The position numbers and the translations under genes were made by a program. The notes beneath the pieces are model-generated. The model was not told the DNA's origin, did no database searches, and was given only the letters and a program-made list of their open reading frames with translations. From Gemmatimonadaceae bacterium (GTDB taxonomy: Bacteria > Gemmatimonadota > Gemmatimonadetes > Gemmatimonadales > Gemmatimonadaceae), in contig JANOCB010000096.1 in NCBI GenBank assembly GCA_031411975.1, forward strand, positions 22,971-86,970: DNA of 64,000 nt, read 5' to 3'. Positions 9,907 through 21,800 of this stretch are shown piece after piece (position 1 is the first letter of the stretch; the number at the start of each line of letters is the position of its first letter).

Positions 9907-10094
9907 GGCAGCAGCGAGGTGCCCAGGGGCGTGCTACCGTGTGGTCCCACGCCGACGGCCTGGCCGGAAGACCGGGAGAGAGATCGGCAGGTCAGGGCTG
10001 ACCTGCGCCGCTTTGGTCCACGAATCGAGCGAACTGTAGCATTCGAGCGACACCTGCACGGTGAATGTAGCGACCGCGACTGGAACATCAGAGC

Positions 10095-10152
10095 GCACAC
10101 AAAGTGTGCCAGCGGACACTACAATACTTAAATCGTTTCAGGACAACGATTT
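10095..10152. promoter_or_regulatory. Two short perfect palindromes in the AT-richer leader upstream of the PEP-CTERM gene
   Basis: GCACAC-AAA-GTGTGC (10095..10109) and AAATCGTT-tcaggac-AACGATTT (10130..10152) lie in a locally AT-rich 350-bp non-coding stretch. Operator-like. Confidence 0.3.
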
Positions 10153-10250
10153 ATCCACAGCGTGACGTGAAACGGACCCGACTGGAACACCCCATGCCAT
10201 TCCTCACGGTGTCCGCGGTCGGCTCCGACCTCACTCACTGATGCACAAGG

Positions 10251-11141
10251 ATGAATCGAATGCGTAAGACTTCGCTCGTGACCGCTGTCGCCGTCGCCGC
10301 GCTCAGCGCTGCGCCGCTCAGCGCCCAGACCTGGCAGGCAATCGGTACGCCGAACAACACCAACACCGGCGCCTACTGGAACAACCGCTCGGATGACAAC
10401 AACACCGCCGCTGTGGCGGCGGCAACATGTAACGTCGGCGCCATCCTGACCGGCGTGCCGGTCGGCGGCACCACCGCCACCGCCTGCGCCAACCAGGCGC
10501 CGGTGTTCCTGCCGCTCGCCTCTGCTCCACTGGCCACGACCGACGTGTTCCTCGGCGGCCTCAGCGGCGCAAACCCCGGCGCATTCCGCTTCTCGGCCGG
10601 CATCTACAACATCTCGTTGATCGGCCGCATTGCAGGTGTCTCCACGACCTCGTGGGGTGTCATCACCGACGGTGGCACGGTGATCAGCGCCGCCACGCTG
10701 GCGCTCGGCAACACCGACATCCGCTCGAACTTCGCACTCTGGATCACGCAGGCCGTGCCGATGAGCGTTGCCGGCACGATCTACACCACGACGCAGTCCA
10801 CCGGCGCCCTGGCGATCGGCTCGCGCGCGGCTTCGGTCAACCAGCAGTTCGCCATGTTCACCTCGGCGTCCACTGCTGCGATGACGACGCTGGCGAGTGA
10901 CACCTTCGGTGCGATCATGACGGGTGTGGAAGGCCGGATGTACTACGTCGGCATGGAAGACAATGCGAACTGCGGCCGTGGCTTCACCAGCAACCAGTGC
11001 CTCAGTGGCCCGATCTCTGACCGCGACTACAACGACATCCTGGTGTCGGTGCAGCCGGTGCCGGAGCCGGCCACGATCGGCCTGATGGGCTTCGGCCTGC
11101 TGGCGCTGGCCGGCGTCGCCAAGCGTCGCAACAAGGCCTGA
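10251..11141 (+). CDS. PEP-CTERM sorting-domain secreted protein
   Basis: Signal peptide. C-terminus PVPEPATIGLMGFGLLALAGVAKRRNKA is a PEP motif plus TM helix plus basic tail, i.e. the exosortase recognition signal. Asn/Thr-rich low-complexity mature region. Confidence 0.8.
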   Translation: MNRMRKTSLVTAVAVAALSAAPLSAQTWQAIGTPNNTNTGAYWNNRSDDNNTAAVAAATCNVGAILTGVPVGGTTATACANQAPVFLPLASAPLATTDVFLGGLSGANPGAFRFSAGIYNISLIGRIAGVSTTSWGVITDGGTVISAATLALGNTDIRSNFALWITQAVPMSVAGTIYTTTQSTGALAIGSRAASVNQQFAMFTSASTAAMTTLASDTFGAIMTGVEGRMYYVGMEDNANCGRGFTSNQCLSGPISDRDYNDILVSVQPVPEPATIGLMGFGLLALAGVAKRRNKA

Positions 11142-11262
11142 GACTCAGGCCCGCAGTTGCTCGACTTTCGATGAGGTGATCTGCAGATAGCGCGGACACG
11201 CTCCTGCAGGGCAGAACGGGTCGGCTCGCCTCCACAGGCAGCCGGCCCGTTCGTCGTTGGCC

Positions 11263-12765
<1,503 letters not shown>

Positions 12766-12860
12766 GGCGGGCGGGGCGGAGGGCCGTACGGCACCGGGGT
12801 GAACGCACGAAGGAAGTTTCCGGACCACTGCCCCGCCAGAGCCAGCCGGGGCCGACCATG

Positions 12861-14165
12861 TCAGCGTGCGATCGAGACCTCGAGTGTCACCCAGCCGCCA
12901 CGGATCGGATCGGTGAAGCTCTGACTGCGGGTCCGTCGCGGAAACCGCGCCGACACCGTCTGTCCCACGCTGCCAGCCGCTCCGCCCACCTCCGGCGTCA
13001 CCGTGATGAAGCGGCCCAGCGGCACCGCGACGCCGATGCTCGCACTGGCCGTGGTGCCGCTGGCAGCGAGCGTGGCGGGAATCCCGTTCAGTGTCGCGCG
13101 CGCGTTGCTCGACTCGCGCAGCACGCTCACCATCGGCAGCACGGTCAGTGCACCCACCGGAATGGCGGCCGTGGCGGTGGCGCCGGTGAAGTCGCCGATC
13201 GGAATCAGGCGGGTGGCCACGTCGGGCCGCTCGATGTCGATGGGGCGCGCATAAAAGCCGCTGACGGCCACGAACCCCGCGCCATCACTGCCCACATACC
13301 GCAGCAACCGCGCATCGGCGGTGAGCATGCCGCCACCGGGAAAGAGATTGCGCCCGCCGAGTGAGTCGGTGAAGCTGCGGGTCAGCTCCACGCTTGCACC
13401 GACGGTCATGTCTTGCGCCGCGTGCGAGACGCCGACGAGCCCGCGCACCGTGGTGCCGCGCCAGCTGACCACATCAGTGCCCGCCGGTTTCGGGTCGTAC
13501 TCCGCACCGGTGCGCAGCGAGAGCGACACGCCGCTGCTGCCCACGGGCTGCGTCAGGGCGTAGCGCAGGCCCATACGCGACGTGATGCCGAGTGCGCCCG
13601 CGTCGAGATCGATGGTGCTGGTGCCCACTGCGCCGATCGCCTGCGCCTGTGCGGCCGTGAGCGCCCCGGGCGATGACATCGACTGGGCGAAGACGCGCAA
13701 CGTGTCGCTGGAGCGCACGCGAAGGTCGAGCCGGACACTCACCGGTGTGACGCCGCCGAACTCCACCGGTGGCCGGCTTGCCGTGGTACTGGTGTCACCG
13801 GTGTAGCTGAGCGGAGTGAGGTCCACACGCAGGCTGGCGCGACGAAAACGTCCCGTCCAGCTGAGGGACGAGGCCTGTTCCGTGGCCCGGATGGCGCCCA
13901 CCGTATAGCTGCGGTACGTCGGCCGGATGATGAAGGCCTGCCTGAGGCGTTGATCCAGCAGCGGCAGCGGCTCGTCGAGGAGCTCGAGCGTATCGGCGAG
14001 CACCTCGGCGATGATGCTGTCGCGCACGCGCGTGCTGAGGGTGTCGGATCGGGGACGCGGTGTCTGCGCGAGCGCGGGCGTGCTGACCAGCAACGGCACG
14101 ACCGCCAGCAGCACCAGGGCGGCGCGGCTGGCGGTGAGGTACGGCACTCCCAGTACAGGGGTCAT
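12861..14165 (-). CDS. Secreted/outer-membrane hypothetical protein
   Basis: Signal peptide (AALVLLAVVPLLVSTPALAQTP). Ser/Thr/Gly-rich alternating pattern suggestive of a beta-barrel. No catalytic motif. The alternative upstream start at 14267 is less likely. Confidence 0.5.
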   Translation of the reverse strand: MTPVLGVPYLTASRAALVLLAVVPLLVSTPALAQTPRPRSDTLSTRVRDSIIAEVLADTLELLDEPLPLLDQRLRQAFIIRPTYRSYTVGAIRATEQASSLSWTGRFRRASLRVDLTPLSYTGDTSTTASRPPVEFGGVTPVSVRLDLRVRSSDTLRVFAQSMSSPGALTAAQAQAIGAVGTSTIDLDAGALGITSRMGLRYALTQPVGSSGVSLSLRTGAEYDPKPAGTDVVSWRGTTVRGLVGVSHAAQDMTVGASVELTRSFTDSLGGRNLFPGGGMLTADARLLRYVGSDGAGFVAVSGFYARPIDIERPDVATRLIPIGDFTGATATAAIPVGALTVLPMVSVLRESSNARATLNGIPATLAASGTTASASIGVAVPLGRFITVTPEVGGAAGSVGQTVSARFPRRTRSQSFTDPIRGGWVTLEVSIAR

Positions 14166-14208
14166 CTGGTCGTCGGTGCTCCGGGCGCTTTCCGTACCCA
14201 CGAAGGGA

Positions 14209-14637
14209 TCACGGCGACCTTGGGGACGGCTTCGTGGACGCCGGGTTGGTGGGACGGTTCGCCGCACGGTAGGCCCTCAGCTGCGTGGCCATGTCGTCCG
14301 CGGTGATCGTCCCGGCCCTGACCTGCGCGCGCAGGTCTCCAGCCCGTTCGCGGAGGCTTCGCTGGTAGGCACGCATGTCGGTGCGGAACTGCGCCTGCCC
14401 CTCCGGCATGCTGCCCATCCGCTCGACGCGTCGGGTGCGGGCGGCCTCCCGCTGCTCGGGAGACAGTGCCATCCGCCGGTCCCCGACCGCTTCGCGACGG
14501 GCGGCGGCAGCCTCACGGCGCTCGGCGGCCTGTTCGCGACGGGCCGCGGCGGGATTGGCCATGCCGGTGCTCTGCGCCTGGACGGCAGGCACGGTCAGCA
14601 GGGCGATGGCGGCGAGGAGAACGATGCGATGGGTCAT
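14209..14637 (-). CDS. Periplasmic LTXXQ-motif protein (CpxP/Spy/ZraP-like)
   Basis: Signal peptide (MTHRIVLLAAIALLTVPAVQAQS). Helical Ala/Arg/Glu-rich sequence with LSPEQREA (LTxxQ-like) and ITADDMATQL motifs. Confidence 0.45.
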   Translation of the reverse strand: MTHRIVLLAAIALLTVPAVQAQSTGMANPAAARREQAAERREAAAARREAVGDRRMALSPEQREAARTRRVERMGSMPEGQAQFRTDMRAYQRSLRERAGDLRAQVRAGTITADDMATQLRAYRAANRPTNPASTKPSPRSP

Positions 14638-14720
14638 GGCAGTCGATGACGAAGGTATCAGGGGAATCGCGCCGCGGTCATCGGCAGCGTGCCGAGGACC
14701 GCGGCGCAGCGGGACGGAGA

Positions 14721-15110
14721 TTACGGCTTGCGGGCGGAGTCGGCGCGCAGGTCCCGCACATCGCGGCGGCGGTCACGCTTGTCGGCCCGCAGGTCTCGCT
14801 TGTCGCGTCGCAGGTCGCGCGTGTCGCGCTTCAGGTCGCGGCGGTCGCCGTTGATCTCACGACGCTCCTCGCCGGTCACGGTGCCGTCGGCGCGGGCGTC
14901 CTTCACGTCGCCGCGGATTTCGCGACGGTCACTCTGGATCTCGCGACGGTCGCCCCGGATCTCACGGCGATCCCCGCGGATCTCGCGGGTGTCGCGGCGC
15001 ACTTCGCGCGTATCACGTGCCACTTCGCGGCGCGCGCCCGACTGGGCCTCCATGGTGACCGGGGCGGCGAGGAGGGCAACTGCAGCGAACATCAGGGTCC
15101 GGATACGCAT
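14721..15110 (-). CDS. Secreted protein made of charged heptad repeats (DRREIRG / DxRDLRx)
   Basis: Signal peptide (MRIRTLMFAAVALLAAPVTMEAQS). About ten consecutive 7-residue repeats (DTREVRR DTREIRG DRREIRG DRREIQS DRREIRG … DRRDLKR DTRDLRR DKRDLRA DKRDRRR DVRDLRA), mirrored by a 21-bp DNA periodicity. Confidence 0.5.
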   Translation of the reverse strand: MRIRTLMFAAVALLAAPVTMEAQSGARREVARDTREVRRDTREIRGDRREIRGDRREIQSDRREIRGDVKDARADGTVTGEERREINGDRRDLKRDTRDLRRDKRDLRADKRDRRRDVRDLRADSARKP

Positions 15111-15309
15111 GGGAAGGCTCCTGCGGCGTCTACCGCGTGTGATGTCTGTCGTGGCCGTGGTGGCCTCACCCACACAGACGCCAGCCGACGCGCGACGTTA
15201 ACGACCGCATGGCGATGCCCCCCTGGCGGGCACCCGGTGGTGCCGCTGCTCGCATCCTGCGGTGAGAGTGCGGTATCGTTGGAGATCCCTTCACCACGCC
15301 GGAACTGCC

Positions 15310-16398
15310 ATGCCGCTCACCCGTCGCGACTTCATTGCACGCACCGCTGCCACGGCCGCGTCGCTCACGCTCACCGAACGCCTGCAGGCGATGCGCCTCA
15401 CCGAGCCGGTGCTGCCGGTCGCTGACGCTGCCGTGGTGCCCCGTGTGATCAGCTCCACCAATGGCCTGCGCGGCGTGGCGCGGGCGTGGGAGATGCTGCA
15501 GCGAGGAGACGACACCCTCGACGCGATCATCGCCGGCGTGAACATCCAGGAGCTCGATCCTGACGATGATTCGGTGGGCCTCGGCGGTCTGCCCAACGAG
15601 GATGGTGTGGTACAGCTGGACGCGAGCTGCATGCACGGTCCGACACGCCGCGCCGGGGCGGTGGGATGCATCGAGGACATCGCCACGCCATCGCTGGTGG
15701 CGAAGGCGATCATGGACTACACCGACCACATCATGCTGGTGGGCAGCGATGCGAAGAAGTTCGCCCTCGAGATGGGCTTCACGCCGCAGAACCTGCTGAC
15801 CGAACGGTCGCGCCAGAACTGGCTCCGGTGGCGCGCGCGGCTCAATCCGGGTGACTTCCGCCTCGACTTCGACGACGACGTGGTGATCCGCGACACCCAT
15901 GGCACGATCAACATGAATTGTGTGAATGCGAAGGGTGAGATGAGCAGCGTGACCACGACGAGCGGCATGGCGTACAAGGTGCCGGGCCGTGTGGGCGACA
16001 GTCCGATCCTCGGTGCCGGCCAGTACTGCGACCAGAGCGCCGGTGCGGCAGGATCCACCGGCCGCGGCGAGGCCAACATCAAGGCCTGCGGCGGATTCCT
16101 GACGGTGGAGTTCATGCGTCAGGGTTTGACGCCCGAACAGGCCTGCCTGAAGACGCTGGAGCGGATGGTGAGCATGACCGAGGCGCGGCTGCTCAACGAC
16201 AAGGGACGTCCCCGCTTCGACATCAACGTCTACGCGATCGCGAAGGACGGGCGGTACGGCAGCGCCAGCATGTACGAGGGTGGCACCTTCGCGGTGGTCG
16301 ATGACAAGGGCGCGCGCGTGGAGAAGGCGGCGTTCCTGTTCCGGAAATCGGAGTATCCCACGGGCCCCGTTCCGGTGCAGCGCGCGCGGGCTCGCTGA
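15310..16398 (+). CDS. N-terminal nucleophile hydrolase: isoaspartyl peptidase / L-asparaginase (glycosylasparaginase family), Tat-exported
   Basis: Twin-arginine signal (MPLTRRDFIARTAATAASLTL). Asparaginase_2 family signature around DTHGTINMNCV…GRVGDSPILGAGQYCD, with a Thr nucleophile. Confidence 0.75.
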   Translation: MPLTRRDFIARTAATAASLTLTERLQAMRLTEPVLPVADAAVVPRVISSTNGLRGVARAWEMLQRGDDTLDAIIAGVNIQELDPDDDSVGLGGLPNEDGVVQLDASCMHGPTRRAGAVGCIEDIATPSLVAKAIMDYTDHIMLVGSDAKKFALEMGFTPQNLLTERSRQNWLRWRARLNPGDFRLDFDDDVVIRDTHGTINMNCVNAKGEMSSVTTTSGMAYKVPGRVGDSPILGAGQYCDQSAGAAGSTGRGEANIKACGGFLTVEFMRQGLTPEQACLKTLERMVSMTEARLLNDKGRPRFDINVYAIAKDGRYGSASMYEGGTFAVVDDKGARVEKAAFLFRKSEYPTGPVPVQRARAR

Positions 16399-16442
16399 TG
16401 CCGTGACTGGCCGAACGGCACCACGCCGCGTACGCTCTGTGG

Positions 16443-18032
16443 ATGCGCATTCACACATTCCTCGCCGGTGCCATCGGCACCCTCACGATCACGACTGCCA
16501 CCGGCGCACAGCGCCCGGCGCCGTTCCGTCTCGACGAGACGACCATTGCCGACGTGCACGCCGCCTTTCGGGCGAAGCGGCTCACCTGCCATGCGCTGGT
16601 GCAGGCGTATCTCGACCGGATCGAGGCGGTTGACACACGGGGGCCGGCGATCAACGCGCTCGTCACGATCAACACGAAGGCACTCGCCACCGCCGACTCG
16701 CTCGACCGGTTGTACCTGGCTCGCGGACCCGTCGGGCCGTTGCACTGCATTCCGATGATCGTGAAGGACAACATGGAGACGCACGACCTCCAGACCACCG
16801 CCGGATCGCTTGCACTCAAGGGCTGGGTTCCGCTGCGCGATGCCACGATGGTCGCGCGCATTCGCACGGCGGGCGCGATCGTGCTGGCCAAGAGCAACCT
16901 CGCCGAATGGGCGTTCTCGCCGTACGAAACCGTCAGTTCGATGCTGCCGGGATACACGAAGAACCCGTACGCGCTCGATCGCGTCACCGCCGGCTCGAGT
17001 GGTGGTACGGCGGCGGCGATCGCCGCCAGTGAAGGCACCGTGGGGCTCGGCACCGACACCGGCAACTCCATCCGTGGCCCGTCGTCGCATCAGGCGCTGG
17101 TCGGCATTCGCTCCACGATGGGGCTCACCTCGCGCGCTGGCGTGGTGCCGCTCGCCAATGGCAGCGACATCGCCGGCCCGATGGCGCGCACCGTCACCGA
17201 TGCCGTGGCGGTGTTGCAGGTGGTGGCGGGCGCCGACACCGCCGACGCCGTCACCGCACCCGCGGCGCAGCGCCGCGAGGTGGACTACACCCGCTTCGTG
17301 ATCCCCGGTGGATTGAAGGGCGCTCGCATCGGGGTACTCCGGCAGGCGTACGAGCGCCCGACCACCGACCGTGAGGTGGTGCAGGTATTCACGTCGGCAC
17401 TCGACGCGATGCGCGCGCAGGGTGCCACGATCGTCGATCCGGCGGGCATCGATTCACTGGCGGCGGTGCTGCGTGTGGCCGGGCCCGGGTGCGCCACGTT
17501 CCGGCACGACCTCGAGCGATACTTCGCGGCCCGCGGGCAGAACGCGCCCGTGAAGACCATCCGCGAGATTCTGCGGAGCGGCAACTTTCATCCCGCCGCG
17601 CAGCTGCGTCTGCAGGCCGCCGACACGGTCGTCGTCGCCCCCGAGGACAACCCCGGTTGCGCCGCGCGTGAGGCCATGCGCACGCGATTGCGCGCCGCAG
17701 TGACGCGGATGATGGACTCGTTGCAGCTCGACGCGCTCGTGTATCCGACATGGAGCAACCCGCCGCGGCTGATCGGCGACCTGAACACGCCGCATGGCGA
17801 CAACAGTCAGCTCTTTTCACCGACCACCGGCTTTCCGGCGATCACGGTGCCAATGGGGTACACGCGGAACAACACGCTGCCGGCCGGCATCACCTTCTTC
17901 GGCCGCGCGTGGAGCGAGGGGAAGCTGATCACGCTGGCCTACGGCTACGAGCAGGCGACGAAGCACCGGCGTGCACCTGCACTCAGGGCAACACGCTCAG
18001 CGCTTCGCCGTGGTGATCAGCAGCGCACCTGA
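16443..18032 (+). CDS. Amidase (amidase-signature family), secreted
   Basis: Signal peptide. Amidase-signature stretch GGSSGGTAAAIAASEGTVGLGTDTGNSIRGPSS with a Ser-cisSer-Lys context. Confidence 0.85.
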   Translation: MRIHTFLAGAIGTLTITTATGAQRPAPFRLDETTIADVHAAFRAKRLTCHALVQAYLDRIEAVDTRGPAINALVTINTKALATADSLDRLYLARGPVGPLHCIPMIVKDNMETHDLQTTAGSLALKGWVPLRDATMVARIRTAGAIVLAKSNLAEWAFSPYETVSSMLPGYTKNPYALDRVTAGSSGGTAAAIAASEGTVGLGTDTGNSIRGPSSHQALVGIRSTMGLTSRAGVVPLANGSDIAGPMARTVTDAVAVLQVVAGADTADAVTAPAAQRREVDYTRFVIPGGLKGARIGVLRQAYERPTTDREVVQVFTSALDAMRAQGATIVDPAGIDSLAAVLRVAGPGCATFRHDLERYFAARGQNAPVKTIREILRSGNFHPAAQLRLQAADTVVVAPEDNPGCAAREAMRTRLRAAVTRMMDSLQLDALVYPTWSNPPRLIGDLNTPHGDNSQLFSPTTGFPAITVPMGYTRNNTLPAGITFFGRAWSEGKLITLAYGYEQATKHRRAPALRATRSALRRGDQQRT

Positions 18033-18503
18033 GCCGTGATCCAGACCAAACCGCGCCGACGCCTGCATCGGATCGAGGAACCGCACCAGTTCGACGTTAA
18101 CCGGGTTGAGCTGTCGCAGCTCGTCCAGCCCGCCCGGCAGACGCTGCATGTCGAGATACACCTGCAGCACCGATGACTTGCCGAAACTCTCGGCGGTCCT
18201 CGTCCGGACCCAGTTGCCGCGCAGCGCGCGGACCACTTCGAACATGTTGTTGAACTGTGTCGAGCGGATCTCGTCCCGGGTGATCGTCGAGCGGTCGCTG
18301 CGCGCCGCCGGTGAACCCGGAGCCACAGCGCGGAGCACCCCTGCCACCGAGTCGGGGGTGGTCGCTGTCACCACGCCCGAACTCGCGATCGATGTCGCGG
18401 TGCCGTCCGGTGCAGGTGCCGGTGTCGGCTTGGCCGACGAACAGGCGCTGAGGGCGGCGATTGCACCGAGGGACACGACCCACTGACGGCAACGTGGCGG
18501 CAT
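17997..18503 (-). CDS. Lipoprotein, hypothetical
   Basis: Lipobox (VVSLGAIAALSAC|SS) followed by a Pro/Thr-rich linker and a ~110-aa C-terminal domain. The ORF-track start at 18683 is probably too far upstream. 3' end overlaps the amidase gene tail. Confidence 0.4.
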   Translation of the reverse strand: MPPRCRQWVVSLGAIAALSACSSAKPTPAPAPDGTATSIASSGVVTATTPDSVAGVLRAVAPGSPAARSDRSTITRDEIRSTQFNNMFEVVRALRGNWVRTRTAESFGKSSVLQVYLDMQRLPGGLDELRQLNPVNVELVRFLDPMQASARFGLDHGSGALLITTAKR

Positions 18504-18842
18504 CTGGACAGGTGGCAAGAGGGACCGGCCCGCCGGACACCGGCGACGCCTTCTGGGGACAATGATGCCCCAGCACAGGGTCATACACCAACCGGCCAAT
18601 CGCCGTTGGGCTGCAATCGATGCCGGACGCAGGCGCGCGGCTGCCCCAGCGCCCGGGCCAGGTGTCCGCGAGCATGGCATCACACCCGGCCCCCTTCCGC
18701 ACCGCCGTCCGTGGGCCGATGATCACCCTCCGACGGGCAGCAGACACCCGGGGTGCCGCGTACTGGCATCACGTCAGACTGCTGTCGCCGTCCCCGCGCC
18801 GGTGCCTGGCGCGAGGCATGCCCCCCACACATCTCCCCGCAC

Positions 18843-21800
18843 ATGACGCGTTTCCCCTCGCGATCCGCGGTACCGCAGCTGCTGCTCGCCGCTGCCGGCG
18901 CCACCCTGCTGGGTGCACAGCAACCGGCCCGCGGCGCAACCACGGCGCCAGCAGCGCCCAGCCCCGCCGAACTGCTCAAGCGTGTCTCGTGGCGCTCGGT
19001 CGGACCAGCCAACAATGCCGGCCGCATCTCGGTGGTGGTCGGCGTGCCGGGCGACCCGCTCACGTACTACGTGGCCGGTGCCAACGGCGCAATCATCAAG
19101 ACCACCAATGGCGGCACCACCTTCACGCCGATCTTCGACGAGCAGAGCTCCGGCTCGATCGGCGCCATCGCCATCGCGCCGAGCGATCCGAACATCATCT
19201 ACGTCGGCACGGGCGAGGGGAATCCGCGCAACAACGCCTCGGTGGGCGACGGGATGTACAAGTCCATCGACGCGGGCGCACACTGGACGAAGATCGGCCT
19301 CGAGAAGTCCGACAAGATCGCCCGCGTCGTCATCGACTCGCGCAACCCCGACATCGTCTACGCCTGCGTGCTCGGCCGTGAGTGGGGCGCCAACCCCGAT
19401 CGCGGCGTGTATCGCACCGCCGACGGCGGCACCACCTGGAAGAAGGTGCTCTACATCGACGAGCAGACCGCCTGCTCCGACATCTCGGCCGATCCGAACA
19501 ACAGCAACATCATCTACGCCGGCATGTACACGTATCGCCGGTGGGCGTGGCACCTCGAATCGGGCAGCGGCCAGACGTCGGTGTGGAAGTCGGTGAACGG
19601 CGGCACCACATGGGAACGCCTCTCCGGCCCCGACATCCTGCGCGGCCTGCCGCGCAAGGCGATGGACCGCATCGGCGTGGCCGTGGCACCGAGTGATCCC
19701 GACATCGTCTACGTGATCAGCGAAACGAAAGATGAAGGGGAACTCTGGCGCAGTGACGACGCCGGCAAGTCATGGCGTACGGTGAACCGCGACCCGAACA
19801 TCAACTTCCGCCCGTTCTACTACGCCGACATCCGCGTCGATCCGAAGAATCCGAATCGTGTGTTCACGCTCTCGGGTGGCCTCTACTTCAGCGATGACGG
19901 TGGCCGCAACTTCACCACCATCGCCCGCGACGTGCACGGCGACCACCAGGCGATGTGGATCGACCCCGTCGATCCGCGCTACATCCTGGAAGGGAGCGAC
20001 GGCGGCTGGCAGGTGAGCCGCGATGGCGGCAAGAGCTGGGACGTGGTCAACACCTTCGCGTTCACGCAGTTCTACCACATCAACTACGACATGCAGGTGC
20101 CCTACCAGGTGTGCGGCGGTCTGCAGGACAACGGCAACTGGTGTGGTGCCAGCAACTCGCTCAGCGGTCAGGGCAACCGGCAGGCCGACTGGCGCAACAT
20201 CTCGGGGGGCGACGGATTCTTCACCGTGCCGGTCCTCGACAAGCCGTGGCTGGTGTACAGCAACTCGCAGGGCGGCATGCTCAACATCACCGACCAGCGC
20301 AGTGGTGTGCAGAAGACGATCTACCCCTACCCGAACCGGGTCGGCTCCGTCGGCGACGCGATGCTCGGCCACAAGTACCGCTTCAACTGGAACGCCCCGA
20401 TCGCGCTGTCGCCGCAGAACCCCGGCATCGTCTACTTCGGCGGCAACGTCGTCTTCAAGTCGAAGGATTATGGACTGAGCTGGGAGGTGATCTCCCCCGA
20501 CCTCACCACCAACGACCCGAAGAAGCAGGTCTCATCGGGTGGTGAGATCGTGGTGGACAACACTGCGGCGGAGTTCCACTCGTCGCTGCTCAGCATCGCC
20601 CCGTCCACGCTCGACGCGAACGTAATCTGGACGGCGTCCGACGACGGCCTCGTGCACGTCACGCGCGACGGCGGCACGACCTGGACGAAGAGCTTCGAGA
20701 ACGTGCCGGGCCTCAAGCCGAATGCCTGGCTGGCCACGATCGAGGCCTCGCGCTACGATGCAGGTACCGCCTACGTCACTGCCGATCACCATCAGGACGA
20801 CGACTACGCACCGTACGTGTTCATGACCACCGACTACGGTCGCACGTGGAAGAGCATTCGCGGCGACCTGCCGGAGCGTGCCTGGTGGACCCATGTGATC
20901 CGCGAGGATCCGAAGAACCGCAACCTGCTGTACGTCGGCACCGAAGCGGGCGTCTGGGCCTCGTGGAATCGCGGCGTGAACTGGGTCTCGCTCCGTGGTG
21001 CACTGCCGATCACGCCGGTGCGTGACATGCAGATCCATCCGCGCGACAACGACCTGATCCTCGCCACGCATGGGCGTGGCCTCTACATCCTCGACGACCT
21101 GACACCGCTGCAGAATCTCACCGCCGCGCAGACCGCCGACGCCGAGCTGTTCGATATCCGTCCCTCGATCCGCTGGAACATCTGGAACCGCGACGGCAAT
21201 CTCGGACAGCGTCGCTACGCCGGTGAGAACCCGCCGAACGGGGCGATGATCTCGTACTTCCTGAAATCGCAGCCCACCGGTGAAGTGAACATCGAGGTCG
21301 CCACCGCGTCGGGGGCCGTCGTGCGCCGGTTCCGTCGTGTGCCCGACGACGCAGGCGTCAATCGCATCACGTGGGACCTCCGCTACGAAGCCCCGGCTGG
21401 CGGTGGACTCGGTGGCCGTGGCAACCGTGGTGCCGCCGGTCCGGCGGTGGCCCCGGATACCTCACTGAAGGGGCTGCGCGAGCGACGTCGTGCCGCGGAA
21501 GCGGAGCGCGGCGGTGCAGGTGAAGAAGAAAACTTCTTCGGCCCGTCCTCGGCCGGTGTCTTGCCGGGGACGTATCAGGTCACATTGGTGGTCAACGGCA
21601 AGCGCTACACCAAGCCGGTCACCGTGCAGAACGATCCGCGTATCGAGATGACGGCGGCGCAGGTGGCGCAGCAGCACGACGCCGCCAAGGCCATCGAGGC
21701 CACGCAGCTGCGCGTGTCGCGTGTGGTGGCCGGTGTGGACGACCTGCTCCGCCAGCTGACCGGTGTGCAGACCACACTGCGCTCGGCGCGCAATGAGGCC

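Noticed and set aside
15166-16458. 430-aa minus-strand ORF
   Set aside because: It is antisense to the well-supported Ntn-hydrolase (asparaginase) gene.
18503-18843. 340-bp non-coding stretch, scanned for tRNA, ncRNA or CRISPR
   Set aside because: I could find no cloverleaf-compatible sequence and no repeat-spacer periodicity. It is most simply the divergent promoter region for the lipoprotein and the sortilin-like gene.
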